Below, in pieces: positions 51,358-62,223 of a stretch of 64,000 bases of DNA. Location: NCBI GenBank assembly GCA_030704615.1, contig CM060732.1, positions 3,224,001 to 3,288,000 of the forward strand, written 5' to 3'. The DNA is from Takakia lepidozioides (lineage: Eukaryota > Plantae > Bryophyta). Under the pieces are notes generated by a model. The model saw only the letters and a program-made list of their open reading frames with translations. It was not told the DNA's origin and searched no databases. A program made the translations under genes and the position numbers. The stretch's first letter is position 1, and every line of letters begins with the position of its first letter.

Positions 51358-52299
51358 GGCATATGCCTTCTGGACTTGTTTGGCGGGATCAGCACTGGAT
51401 TGGCTGCAGTACTGCAAGCAAGTGTACGAGTTCGACGTTACCTGTATGTGGAGAGGGATGAGACTGCACGACGCGTCTCACTGCGCCATGTTGCTCAGTT
51501 GGTACAGCAGTACCCTGATTTGTTGCCAGTGTCTGCAGTTCGTGGATACCAACAAGCCTTGCCAGCAGACATTTCGTTGCTGGGGGCGCAGGATTTGGAG
51601 CGGGTTGGCTCCATTGATCTGGTAGTGGCAGGTTGGCCCTGCCAAGGCATTCATCAGCCGGGCATGGCAATGGATTGCGAGACTCGAGGACGGGTCTGTT
51701 TTGGGAGATGGTGCGGATTTTGCGCCACTTGCAGCTTCATCAAGCTGTATCTCCAGCATACATCTTGGAGAATGTGCCACTGATGGGTGATTCTCGGGCC
51801 AGGGTGATGGCCAGTGTGCATCAAGTCCGGTCGTGGCTTGGGTCAGCAGTGTTGCTGGATGCAGCTGCAGTGGGTCACGGGCTCATCGTCCACGGCTATG
51901 GTGGACTAACTTGATGCCACCCGCACTGCTCAAGCGTGCATTTGATGGGGTGCAGCGGCCAGCACACCTCACAGTGGATAGCATTTTGGACACAGGGAGG
52001 CAGTCTCAACGTGTGAGACACGATGACCGTTCGCCTTTGGCAGTGGTCAACAGGTGGGTCAACCACGAGCAGCATTACCTACACTGCTCAGCTTCCCAGG
52101 ATCCCATGCTTTTCGGGATGGTGGACCTGGCCTCTTGTGGGATAGCCAGTTGCAACAATTAGTGGAGCCTAATGCTGACGAGCGCGAGCGGGCGATGGGT
52201 TTTACCACTGGTACCACGGCGGTGCCATCTCTTTTTGAGGCATCACGTCGTCAGGTGTTGGGGCAAGCAATGGATCTCAATTGCTTGACCTGGATTATC
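51358..52299 (+). pseudogene. C5-cytosine DNA methyltransferase domain (DNMT3-like motifs) within pol
   Basis: I LLDLFGG; II YVERD; IV AGWPCQG; VI YILENV; VIII RPRLWWTN; IX ERERAMGF; X VLGQAMD, across three frameshifts. Confidence 0.9.
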
Positions 52300-52689
52300 A
52301 GCTTGGCTATGGCTGAGCAGCGCAGAGTACGGAGTACACTTCCCTTCATGGTCTCCTTGCCTACCGAGACGGTACAGGCAGCGAGTGGGGGCGAGCAGGT
52401 GAGGACCACGGGGTGTAGACATCCATGGCACACGTGGGAGGTGCTCGAGGTTCAGAGGGAGTTGGCAGCCAAGGCAGCTGTGATGGATGAGGTTGGGGAT
52501 TCTTCTCGGGTTGAGGAGGTTCTCAATGATGAGATGATGGGGCAGGATGAGGCCTTGTCATTGACTGAGCAGGAAAGGAGTACTGCTCAAGAGGTTGCAA
52601 CATAGCAACCACGGGACGCGTCCTCTACCTCTAAGCCCACTGGACTTAAGGTTGCAGTTACGGAGGACAATTGGGAGCCTGACATTGGA

Positions 52690-55560
52690 CCCATTGTCAC
52701 CGGAGGAGAGACCTCCCAAAGATACTGAGTTCTCATCTGAATCAAGGACCTCTCCATATCACTATATCTATAGGGTCTCCGAAAGATTGGCGTGTCAGTA
52801 GCCAATTCAATGCGAATCTCTTGACCCTTCAGTGCTCCCAAGTCCTTCAACTGAAGGCAAAGCAATTCCTGTTAAACCCCAGGAACCGCCGCATACGTCG
52901 TAGTGGAGCTCTCTGGTGGAGAGTATGCTTCAGCCACAGTGTTGCCAGCCAAGAAGGATGTCTATGGCAATTGGACGGAGAGACGTATGTGCGGTGATTA
53001 CCGGCCTGTAAATCGTCAGACCAAGTCCGATAGGTATGCCATGCCGACACCAGAGGAGATCTTTGATGCCATTGGGCATTCCAAGGTCTTTAGCACGTTG
53101 GATTTACGATCCGGATATCACCAGTTGCCGATCAAGGAGGCGGATAAGCAAAAGACGGCATTCTGGGGGATCAATGAGCACGGGAGGATTGCCTATACCA
53201 GTGGCGGTTCTTACCATTTGGGCTTAAAAACGCTCCTGCTGAGTTTCAAAGAGTCATGGACAGGATTCTAGCAGGGGTGGAGTTTGCTCGGTGCTACATA
53301 GATGACATCATCATCTTTAGTGCTACGGTGGAGGAGCATGAGAGACACCTTCAGGGGGTATTTGAGCGCTTGAGGACGCACGGATTGAAGTTACATCCGG
53401 AACAGTGCAAGTTTTTCCACAACCAGATTGAGTATCTGGGTCACATGATATATCCTGGAGGATTGGGGGTACAGCAGACTAAGGTAGAGTCCATTGCACA
53501 GGTTCCACGCCCCACGGATGTGAGCCGAGTTCGAGCTTTCATGGGGTTAGCAAACTATTACAGACGGTTTGTTAAGGGATTTAGTGCCATTGCAAAGGCT
53601 CTAACCAAGCTGACCAAGGTGGACCAGGAGTGGCAGTGGGAAGATGAGCAAGAACAAGCTTTTCAAGAGCTCAAGGCGAGGTTGACCTCGGCGCCCATCT
53701 TGAGACGACCTATTAGGGGGCGTCCTTTTCAGCTGCATACAGATTGGAGCATGCTGGGGCTTGGAGCGGTGCTCACACAAGTGGATGATGAGGGAAGAGA
53801 GTTCGTAGTGGCTTATGCTAGCCGCTCGAACAATGCTGCAGAGTCTAAGTATAGCTCATATGAGGGAGAATGCTTAGCTGCAGTGTGGGCCGTGGCACAC
53901 TTCAGGTGCTATCTATACGGCAATCTCTTCACCCTTGTCACGGATCACCAACCACTCAAGTGGTTGATGGAGTCAGACAAGCTTACGGGGAAGCTTGCAC
54001 GGTGGACACTCATCCTTCAAGAGTATGACTTTCAGGTGGTGCATCGACCGGGTTTGGTCAATCGCAATGCAGATGGGTTGAGTCGCAATCCATGCACGAG
54101 CCAGCAGGATGACACTGGAGCTCGGTGGCATGGTGAGACGGACGAGGAGATGGTGCCCGGATGGCATGCATCTGCATTTCTGTGTATCTTGGCAGCGGAA
54201 AGCCAGGTTGGACCTGCAACAGGGATGACTGTAGATCAAGTGTCTGAGGACCCTGAGGCCAGCAATGAGCAAGGTGGTGCCAAAGATATACATGAGGATT
54301 CAGTTGTGTTGGACTACCTCCGCACTGGAGACACTGCAGCCACTGTGACTGCCAAGGAGAGGGATCGGTCCTACAACGAGCCAAGAGGTTCAAGTGGGAG
54401 GGGACACACCTGCTCCGAGTGTGGGAGGATGGTCGAGTGAGGATTGTGCCTCACCCAACACAGCGGCACGGTTAGTGCGGCATGCCCATGAGGAGTTGGG
54501 GCATTTTGGGGTGCGACGCACTCATAGTCTACTGCAGGGGCAGTATTGGTGGCGTGGTATGCACACAGAGGTGCAACAATTTGTGGCTAGGTGCATGGTG
54601 TGTGACAGGATGCGTGCTTCATTCAACGCCCCTACTCCACAATTGCACCCTCTTCCGATCATGGGATTGGGCTACAGGTGGAGTCTTGACTTCGCAGGGC
54701 CGTTGCCACTGACCATGCGCCACAACAAGTACGTGTTGGTGATGGTGGAGCACTTCTCCAAGTGGATTGAATTGGTTCCATTGCCTGATAAGGCTAGTGA
54801 GGGAGCTGCGTATGCATTCTTGGATTGTGTGCTTAGCCGATTCGGTGCTCCAGCTGAGGTACTCACGGACCAAGGGAGAGAGTTCATGGGGAGTTTCAGG
54901 CTTTGTGTGACAAGGCCTTGATAGACCACTGCACCACTTCTCGGGATCATCCTGAGGCCAATGGCTTGGCAGAGAGAGTTGTTCAGACAGTAAAGAGGGG
55001 TTTGCGCAAGTATGGTTTGCAGAAGGGACACCTAGGAGATTGGGACCTTCAGTTACCCTGGTTAGCCATGGGCTACAGGTAGCATCACTTGCCTCCTTCT
55101 CACCATACTTTCTTCTCTTTGGCCGAGAGCCGGATTTGCCTACATCTACTCGCAGAGAAGCTGCTACAGTTCTTAACCTTGACGATCCGGATGTGTGGGC
55201 ACGTGCATGTGAGCAGCGTGCAGAGTTGTTCAAGAAAGTCATGCCAATGGCTTTTGAGAACCTTGCCATTGCACAACACCGTGATACGTTGAGGTATGCT
55301 ACCATACGTGGTGGGGGCTATCGTCCTGGGGTTCGGAGATTCAACCCTGGTGACTACGTCTATCTGCAGCAGACTGCTCCTACGACCTTGGATGTGACTG
55401 CAGGATGTGTTATTTTGAGGGTTCGAGAGGTCTTTCCCTCAGGCGTCTTGGTCTTGGAGGGTCGGGATGGCATAACTTGGAAGGACCATGTGCGTAATTG
55501 TGCACCATGTCACCTTCCGAATGTCGATGGCAGGATAGACCCAAACTTGGCAGTGGTATC
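52690..55560 (+). pseudogene. RT, RNase H and DDE integrase
   Basis: MCGDYRPVN, LDLRSGYHQ, YIDDIIIF; HTDWSMLGLGAVL, SYEGECLA; HEELGH...CMVC, WSLDFAGP, LTDQGREF, NGLAERVVQ. Confidence 0.9.
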
Positions 55561-55573
55561 TGCAGGTTTGAGA

Positions 55574-55708
55574 TGCATGTTGTGTGGGTCTGCTAGAGGG
55601 GCAGCCACCATGCTGGTGTGTGATCGATGCTCTAGAGGTTGGCATATGGGATGCTTGACTCCACCTCTTGAGATGGTTCCGGATGGGGATTGGTTATGTC
55701 CACATTGC
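55574..55708 (+). other. PHD finger at the integrase C-terminus
   Basis: CMLC...CDRC...WHMGCLTPPL...PDGDWLCPHC (C4HC3). Confidence 0.92.
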
Positions 55709-55962
55709 ATTGGATTGTGGGAGTGGATACAACCATGGAAGGCTAACAAGAAACGCAAGGCCCAGCTACTAGGAGACCTTGAACACACGAGGTCCTGGCT
55801 CAAGTTTACAGATTGCAAGACGGCGACTAACGATGGGGCTACTCTTGTACCCGACTTCTTGGTCTATAGAGTTTGAGTGCAATAGGGACAGTGATAGAGG
55901 ACTTAGTATGGCTGTGGCTATTACATCTTGTAGCTATCTGGAGGTAGAGGGACCTACCCACC

Positions 55963-55977
55963 AGCTAGGGGGGCGAT
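55963..55977 (+). promoter_or_regulatory. Putative polypurine tract of the nested element
   Basis: AGCTAGGGGGGCGAT immediately before the TG that starts B1. Confidence 0.55.
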
Positions 55978-56062
55978 TGTGGCAGACTACTTTATTGTGC
56001 ATATATGTGTGGTGTGGTTTGGACAGCGATGTAGTTGTGTAGCGATACGTATGCGTACGACA
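55978..56062 (+). repeat. Repeat B1 (85 bp)
   Basis: Matches 56424-56508 with three C/T differences. Confidence 0.95.
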
Positions 56063-56064
56063 GC

Positions 56065-56422
56065 TGTCAAGTTAAATAAGCACAGTGTGAAAACAACTAG
56101 AATAAAGCTAGTTATTTGTATTTAACACTTGGATTTAGGTCAAGTGTTAAGTCAGGTGTCAAGTTTAGTTTGACACCTGAACCGCCTTATCTTCACGAGA
56201 GCGGCAGTCGCGCAACTCATCTCTCTCGAGTTGAGCCTGCGCGACCGAGCTCCTTCATGCGTTTAGATCTGAGTGTGCTTATGATGGGAGTGTAGGTTGT
56301 TGTGGGGTGGAGTCCCCATAGCTTGGGGTGCCCCTGGCTCGACTTCTATTTTAAAGAGTGATAGCGATGGATTTCATATTTCTTGTGTTGAGAGTGTGTG
56401 TCATTTTAGCTTTTGTTTATCA
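56065..56422 (+). repeat. Repeat A2
   Basis: Copy of 44627-44984. Confidence 0.95.
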
Positions 56423-56423
56423 T

Positions 56424-56508
56424 TGTGGTAGACTACTTTATTGTGCATATATGTGTGGTGTGGTTTGGACAGCGATGTAGTTGTGTAGCGATACGTATGC
56501 GCATGACA
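56424..56508 (+). repeat. Repeat B2
   Basis: Copy of 55978-56062; forms the right end of the insertion. Confidence 0.95.
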
Positions 56509-57566
56509 CAATCAACAACAACAACACCAACACAAACACCACCAGCAACACAACCACCACCAAGCCAACAGACACTGGTACAAGCCACAGCAGGGCCATC
56601 TACTCAAGAGGTAAACCCTGTAACACTACCAAGTGTCATGGTAGCATCAACTTCAGTAGCAGTGGATGATTTCCAAATCATACCATGCAAGCAGGATGGG
56701 GAATGGTTAAAGTATTCAGAGGAATACTTTAAAATGATGGTAGTACCAGCCCACCAAATCCCAAAAATACTGGAGAAGGTTTTCAGAGCCTTAAATCCCT
56801 GCAAATCATTGGGTCAATTGCATTTGCTCAATCAAACTCTTATTCCTCTGAGATATAGGATGAGGCCACTGGCTAAGGAGGAGACATGGTCAGGGGCAGA
56901 ATTGGTTGAATTCTGGCGCCAGGCTCCCCTGGAATACAAAGAGCTGGTAGCTTACATGTGGGCAGTGGGGCAATTGAAGATTAATCCTACCCGGCAGTAA
57001 CCATTGTGATGGGATGCCCAAGTTTTTATATTGGCAGTTACTTCTACCGCATGTTCGTGACAACGAGGGGAAGTTGGCAGCGCTATGAGAGTATTGAAAA
57101 AGATACTCACTGGGAATTACCCAAATTCCAGCCACCAAAGAGAGTCACAGGCACTTCAGCATATATGAATAGGCCACTGTATGCTGAAGCATGGCGCCAG
57201 GCGAAGGACCACTTTTCACCATTGGTATTGGACAGAGACCACCCTTTCAAAGAAACAGGGGTCCAAGCTGTTAACTGGTTAATGGGCAGCAAGGCAACAA
57301 AACACATTATACCCTGGACCAAGGAGGAGCTGCAAACCTACCGCGAAACCTTGACCAATAAAATTGATATGGTACGAGGGGACGGGATAGCAGAACACCC
57401 TGACGAAGAAAACTGGCCTACTCACGAACTAGAGGAGCAACCAGACAGTGATGATAACAGGAACAAGAAGCTGCCACCACGACAATCTTGGGACGCACTT
57501 CCTACCTTGCAGACAGGCATGCCACCACCTAACATCCCCAAGAGATACAACAAGCACAGGAACTGA
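56509..57566 (+). pseudogene. 3' accessory ORF of the outer Ty3 element, second part
   Basis: Continues the frame broken at 44626; T/Q/P-rich linker followed by a W/Y-rich domain; disrupted near 57000. Confidence 0.65.
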
Positions 57567-57590
57567 CGAAATTGTGCGGACACAATTTCA

Positions 57591-57606
57591 AAAGAGGGGG
57601 GGGGAA
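57591..57606 (+). promoter_or_regulatory. Polypurine tract of the outer element
   Basis: AAAGAGGGGGGGGGAA, 4 nt before TGATAAC. Confidence 0.85.
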
Positions 57607-57610
57607 TAAA

Positions 57611-58472
57611 TGATAACGGCTATGCTACGAGGGACAGACAACGAGGGTCACAACGGGACATACCGGGTAGTGATGGACGTACACTACCTGAGCCAAAGGC
57701 AGAGACGGCTAAGTACGCGGTACTTAGCCAATGGCGGGACAAGGGTACATTACCACGAGAGCAGTAGTGGGTAGTGTAGTAATCGTGAGCCGTGAACCAC
57801 GATATCACACGGCCACGTTAGCATCGGCTTTAACCAATAGAGGGAGTAGTGGACCGTTTACCACTATGGCTCACGACCACTGCAACGAGCCACTTTTTAG
57901 CAAACCTTTTAGGTTGCGTAGGCAGTTAGGCAAACAGTTATTAACGACCTTAGGCTGTAACGGCTCTTTCGAGCATAGTATAAAAAGACTGCACGCAACT
58001 TAGAGGGTGTGTGCAATATGAGTATGAGTATCAGTGATCAATGTGTACTTCTGTGATGATGTGACAAACTCTGAAATAAAGCCATGATATTCGAAGTATC
58101 TCTGTGTAGAGTGAATGTGAGATGGAGAGAATGTGCATTATGAGAGAACGTGAGATGGTGAGAATGTGTATCATCTCAGAATAGTTCTTGTTTTATCTCG
58201 ACTACCATCTGCTTGTATGAACAAAGAGGCTTCAGTCTTTTCGACTAAGATCTTTTATGCTAAAGAGACTGTAGATTGGGCTTAATCAACAGGATTTAGC
58301 AACCTGCAGGGATATGGCTTCATACGACGTTCATGGTTTAGCTATCCTTAAAACGATTACTTCGTAATCGTTTCTAGAAGCATACCGTCGGACAACCTCT
58401 GTTGCATGTCTTAGGAAATGGGCAGTAGTGTTGATAACTTGTTTTGTCTAAGTCATAAATCAGCGGTTAACA
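57611..58472 (+). repeat. 3' LTR of the outer element (862 bp)
   Basis: TGATAAC...GTTAACA termini; follows the PPT; its 3' 500 bp match 34966-35466. Confidence 0.9.
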
Positions 58473-58539
58473 GGGGGTTTGATATAGAGACCATTTTTTA
58501 GACGTAGGTGGGGGTAGAGGGGATGGCAACCGTGGGTGA

Positions 58540-59600
58540 AGATACGTAGATTGGGGTAGTTGGGATGGCAACTGCAGATGAATAACTGTAGATTGGGGTA
58601 GCTGGAATAGTAGCTATGGATGGGTATTGGCGGATGTGAGCGTGGGTGTGGGTATTAGTGCGGGCATGAAGTGGCGGATAAATATGGCCAGGATATGGTC
58701 ACGGGCCTGCCTGGGTATGAGCGTGTCTATGGGGATGACATGTGGAGTGGGGAATAATAAAGGGGTTATTGTTGCCATGTAGAGCAGGGGGGTGCGGTGT
58801 GCCCAGGATAATGATGGTGATTTGAGGGCTTGTGAGCCTGTACTGGTCATATAAGAGGGGTGTGGGGAAAAATGTGGGCTAGGGTATATGTGTGTTGATC
58901 AGTCTGTTAGTAGGGTGGATGGATAGGTGACTGGCCGGCTGGGTGAGTGTCCGGCTGATTGGATGAACGTCTCCGCACAGTCGGCGGGCGGCAGGTTTAT
59001 TAGAGATATACGGCTGTGATTTGATAGTATGAGAGGGATCATTGGATGTGCATAGGTGTGGGGGCGGGCGCGGATATATGTAGATTGGGGTAGTTGTGGT
59101 GGCCACCATAGATAAATAACTGCAGATTGGGGTAGCTGGGATAGCATCCGCCGATGGGTATCGGCGGGTGTGGGCATTAGTGCGGGGATGAAGCGGGGGC
59201 TAGATATGGCCATGGTTTGGCCACGGGGCTGCCTATGGATGAGCGTGGCTATGGGGATGAAATGTGGAGTGGGTAATAATACAGGGGCTAGTGTACCCAT
59301 GTAGAGCAGGTGGGTAAGGTGAGAAGCCCAGGATAATGAAGGGGATTCAGAGGCTTGCAGGCCTATACTAGTTATATGTGAGGGGTATGTGGAGAAATGT
59401 GGGCTGGGAGGGGCATGTGTATGTGAATCAGTCTATTAGCAATATAAGTGGATAGGTGACTGGTCGGCTGGATGAATGTCCGGCTGGCAGGATGAAAGTC
59501 AACGCACAGCCCACGGGCAACGGTTTCCCATGAGGGACATGTTGTGGTATTATTAGAGATAGTCGGCTGTGATCTGGTAGTATCAGATGTGGGGCGTGGG
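58540..59600. repeat. Diverged tandem duplication, about 530-bp unit x2, G/T-rich
   Basis: AATAACTG(T/C)AGATTGGGGTAGCTGG at about 58581 and 59115; GGATAGGTGACTGG at about 58921 and 59450. Confidence 0.75.
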
Positions 59601-60117
59601 GTTTCATGATGAGAGGGACCGTTGGATGTGCATGGGTGTGGGGATGGGTATTGTGGGTATTTGAATATTTTGGTGGAGGGTTTTTTTAAGGTGGTAGGTG
59701 GTCCAGGTGTCAGATATTTGGAACAGGGGTAGCGGGCTGGTAAGCGGCGATTGGTACAGGTGTGGGAATGGTGTAAATAGCCAGTATCCCAGCGGTGAGC
59801 CGTATGAGCAGTTGGTTTGAGGGACGGCTGTTGGTGCTAACGGATTGTAAAAGAGATGAGCATCGCATGAATAATGCAGGCGCACGGGGTGTGAGCTTAG
59901 CTGTTGGTGAGAGAAATGCAAACACTGAGAGAGGCGCTTGGAAGCGTAGGATGCATCGTGATATTGCAATAACACAGGGGTGGTTACAGTCAAGCCGCAG
60001 CTTGCAAAGAGAAAGAGAAGTAGGTAGATAGCCAGAGAGGAGGACAGTCGGGTGTGAGGGAAGAATCTAGATAGCTCCCAACGGTCACTTGTGTAGCCCG
60101 AGGGCCACAATAGTGTT

Positions 60118-62223
60118 TTACGCATTGGTCGTATTGTCGATCACAGTGATGGTGGCCAGGGCCTGGTCATTGGCAGTGTGAAGGATGGCAGGCAGCTGCT
60201 GTTTGGTGTGTTCGGATGTAGGCATGGCTGCAAGAAATCCCGTGGTGTCAAATTTAGGAGGCCCGTCGTGTTGGAGCTCGATGAGGGCTGCAGGCCTATA
60301 TCCCCCTGTTTGTGGAGTTGGTATGTTGTTGGAGTCAACTTGTCCGGCAGGGTGATTGGTCATGCTCGGGGGAAGCGAGAGCTTCTCAAGGACCAAGTTA
60401 GCATGAGCGTAGAAGTGGGCCAGGTTGGCCCCTAGATTCTTAGTGATTCTTGCAGCGAAACCGAGTACGCATGGTGTTCCGCCTGTTGGGCGGCCAAGGT
60501 AGAAGCAACCCGCTTTTCCATGGCTGCTAGATCACCCCGTATATTCGTCTTGATTGAAATGGCATGGTGCGCCAGTTTCCTGTCAATTTCGCTCATCATA
60601 GAGGCAAGCCCTGCAGCCGATCCAGAGTCGGTCTGGATGTTGAGAGAGTTAACTGTGTCAGCCAAAGCTTGATTTATGTTGGCCACACGGAGACACTTCA
60701 GAATGTCGTTAGCTGGGGGGGGGTAGAACCATGCAGGCTGTGAGTGTGTGGTTTGAAGTTGACGTATTTGTCGATGACGAGGATATGCGGTTTGTGGCAC
60801 CACTGAGCATAGATACTGGGGTTCTTACAAGTGAGGCATGCCATGCCTGAGTGCTTGAACTTCTCTGTCGGGGCTACTCCACTAAAGTAGATTAAGAGCA
60901 TCTTCTGTCACAGCTTGAGTGTGCAGCTGGTTAAGGTTCTTGACTACCAATGTGAGCACATCACGTTCCGCTACGACTTCTTGCGGTGTTGCGGTGAGGC
61001 CAGTCACACTGGTACGGCGGGAGCGGAGCTGCGGTTTTAAGAGAGTGTGTTCGATTCTGACTCCTTGTGCACATCCTTTTCTTAGAGTCCGCGGAAGCCA
61101 GGTAGATAAACAAAACTTAGTATCAGGCCTTGATTTTTGGACATACATAATCTCAAACTCGTCGCCATGCAAGAATGTTTCCATGATGAAGTGCATTGCG
61201 AGTTTATGGTCGACGGTGCCCTGTAAGACTTCACTGGACAGATACAACGAAAGGTATTTGGTGGAGGCGTTAAGCTCAAATGCCTTCTCTACTTTCCCTT
61301 GCATAGGTATCCCGGAAGCCATTTCCATAACAAAGGCTCGGTTGCCTTTCAGGAGAGCAATACCATCAATGGCAGGGTTCAGTAATTCCACTTTTAGTAG
61401 GCCTAACCACTGTTTGCTCCCGTGCTTGGTGAAGGCAATGATTGGTGAATAAAGGACCTTACCCAAGGGGATGTTCATGTCGTCGAACTCTTTTTTTGCA
61501 CGGTACAGAGCCTGCTCCTTGGGCATATCGGTGTCGCTATCAAATCGAATCATGATGTGGTGAGGTTGGCGGATAATCCAGAATCTGGGTCAACCGGGGT
61601 GCCCTTTGGTAACTGAGTGAGTGGGTAGAGTTGTCCCTCCTTCCCATCCGATCTAGTAGCAGGAAAATAGAGCTGGGGAACATGGGGGAATGCTTTGTAG
61701 CAGTACCTTAAGTAGTGAATTTCTGAGTCTTGGAGGCCAAGCTTACGGAGTTCTGTCGTTGGGCGCGTCTCCTCAACGTCTCCTCAAGTGCGTGCGTCTC
61801 GAGCGCAAGGTATCCCATCCAAAGCTATGGAGAAGTCGGGGCACTAGAGATTGCTAGTTGAGGGGATGAATCGTGCAAGCCCCTTGACTTTTTGGAATCG
61901 GAGTGCGAGCTCCCTGCCGTACTGTTGAATGCACTAGAGGGGCGTTTGAGGCCCGGGCTAGCTGCCTCCAGCCCCGCTGGTGATGTGAGTTGTGCTGGCT
62001 TGAGAGTCCGCTGGGGATTGGTGGGCCCTGTAGGCCCAGGTAGCTTCGAGCATTGGTGAGATGGTGCATGACCGTTGGGGGTGGCTTCCTTATGCTGTGT
62101 AGAGCGAGTTTGGTACGCTTGGTCATTCGCAAAGAACTCCTTGTCAGATAGATGCATGTCACTGATGTCGGCGTCTTCCTCAGCGAGAGCCATCGAGATC
62201 GCACCAACCTGGTGGTGATCCAT
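60118..62223 (-). pseudogene. Degenerate multi-frame ORF of unknown type (possibly ORF1 of a non-LTR element)
   Basis: Successive protein-like frames (MDHHQVGAISMALAEED..., IRFDSDTDMPKEQ..., coiled-coil ...DLAAMEKRVAST); no diagnostic motif and no RT seen. Confidence 0.35.

Larger units (their letters stand above)
44627..56508 (+). mobile_element. Nested Ty3-type retrotransposon with C5 DNA methyltransferase, PHD finger, host-gene cargo and permuted (A...B-A-B) repeats
   Basis: Termini TGTCA...TGACA; TSD CAAT at 44623-44626 and 56509-56512; gag-PR-DNMT-RT-RH-INT-PHD. Confidence 0.9.
34966..58472 (+). mobile_element. Non-chromovirus Ty3/gypsy element (Phygy/Tat/Athila-like) with 3' accessory ORF, interrupted by a nested insertion
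   Basis: LTR-PBS-gag-pro-RT-RH-INT-extra ORF-PPT-LTR. Confidence 0.88.

Noticed and set aside
44627-56508. DIRS/Ngaro tyrosine-recombinase retrotransposon
   Set aside because: The repeat layout is similar, but the element has a protease, a DDE integrase and a 4-bp TSD, and I see no RHRY recombinase motifs.
56065-56508. Ordinary 3' LTR (A+B) with a damaged 5' LTR
   Set aside because: It does not explain B1 lying between the PPT and A2, nor the priming site directly after A1. Not fully excluded without other copies.
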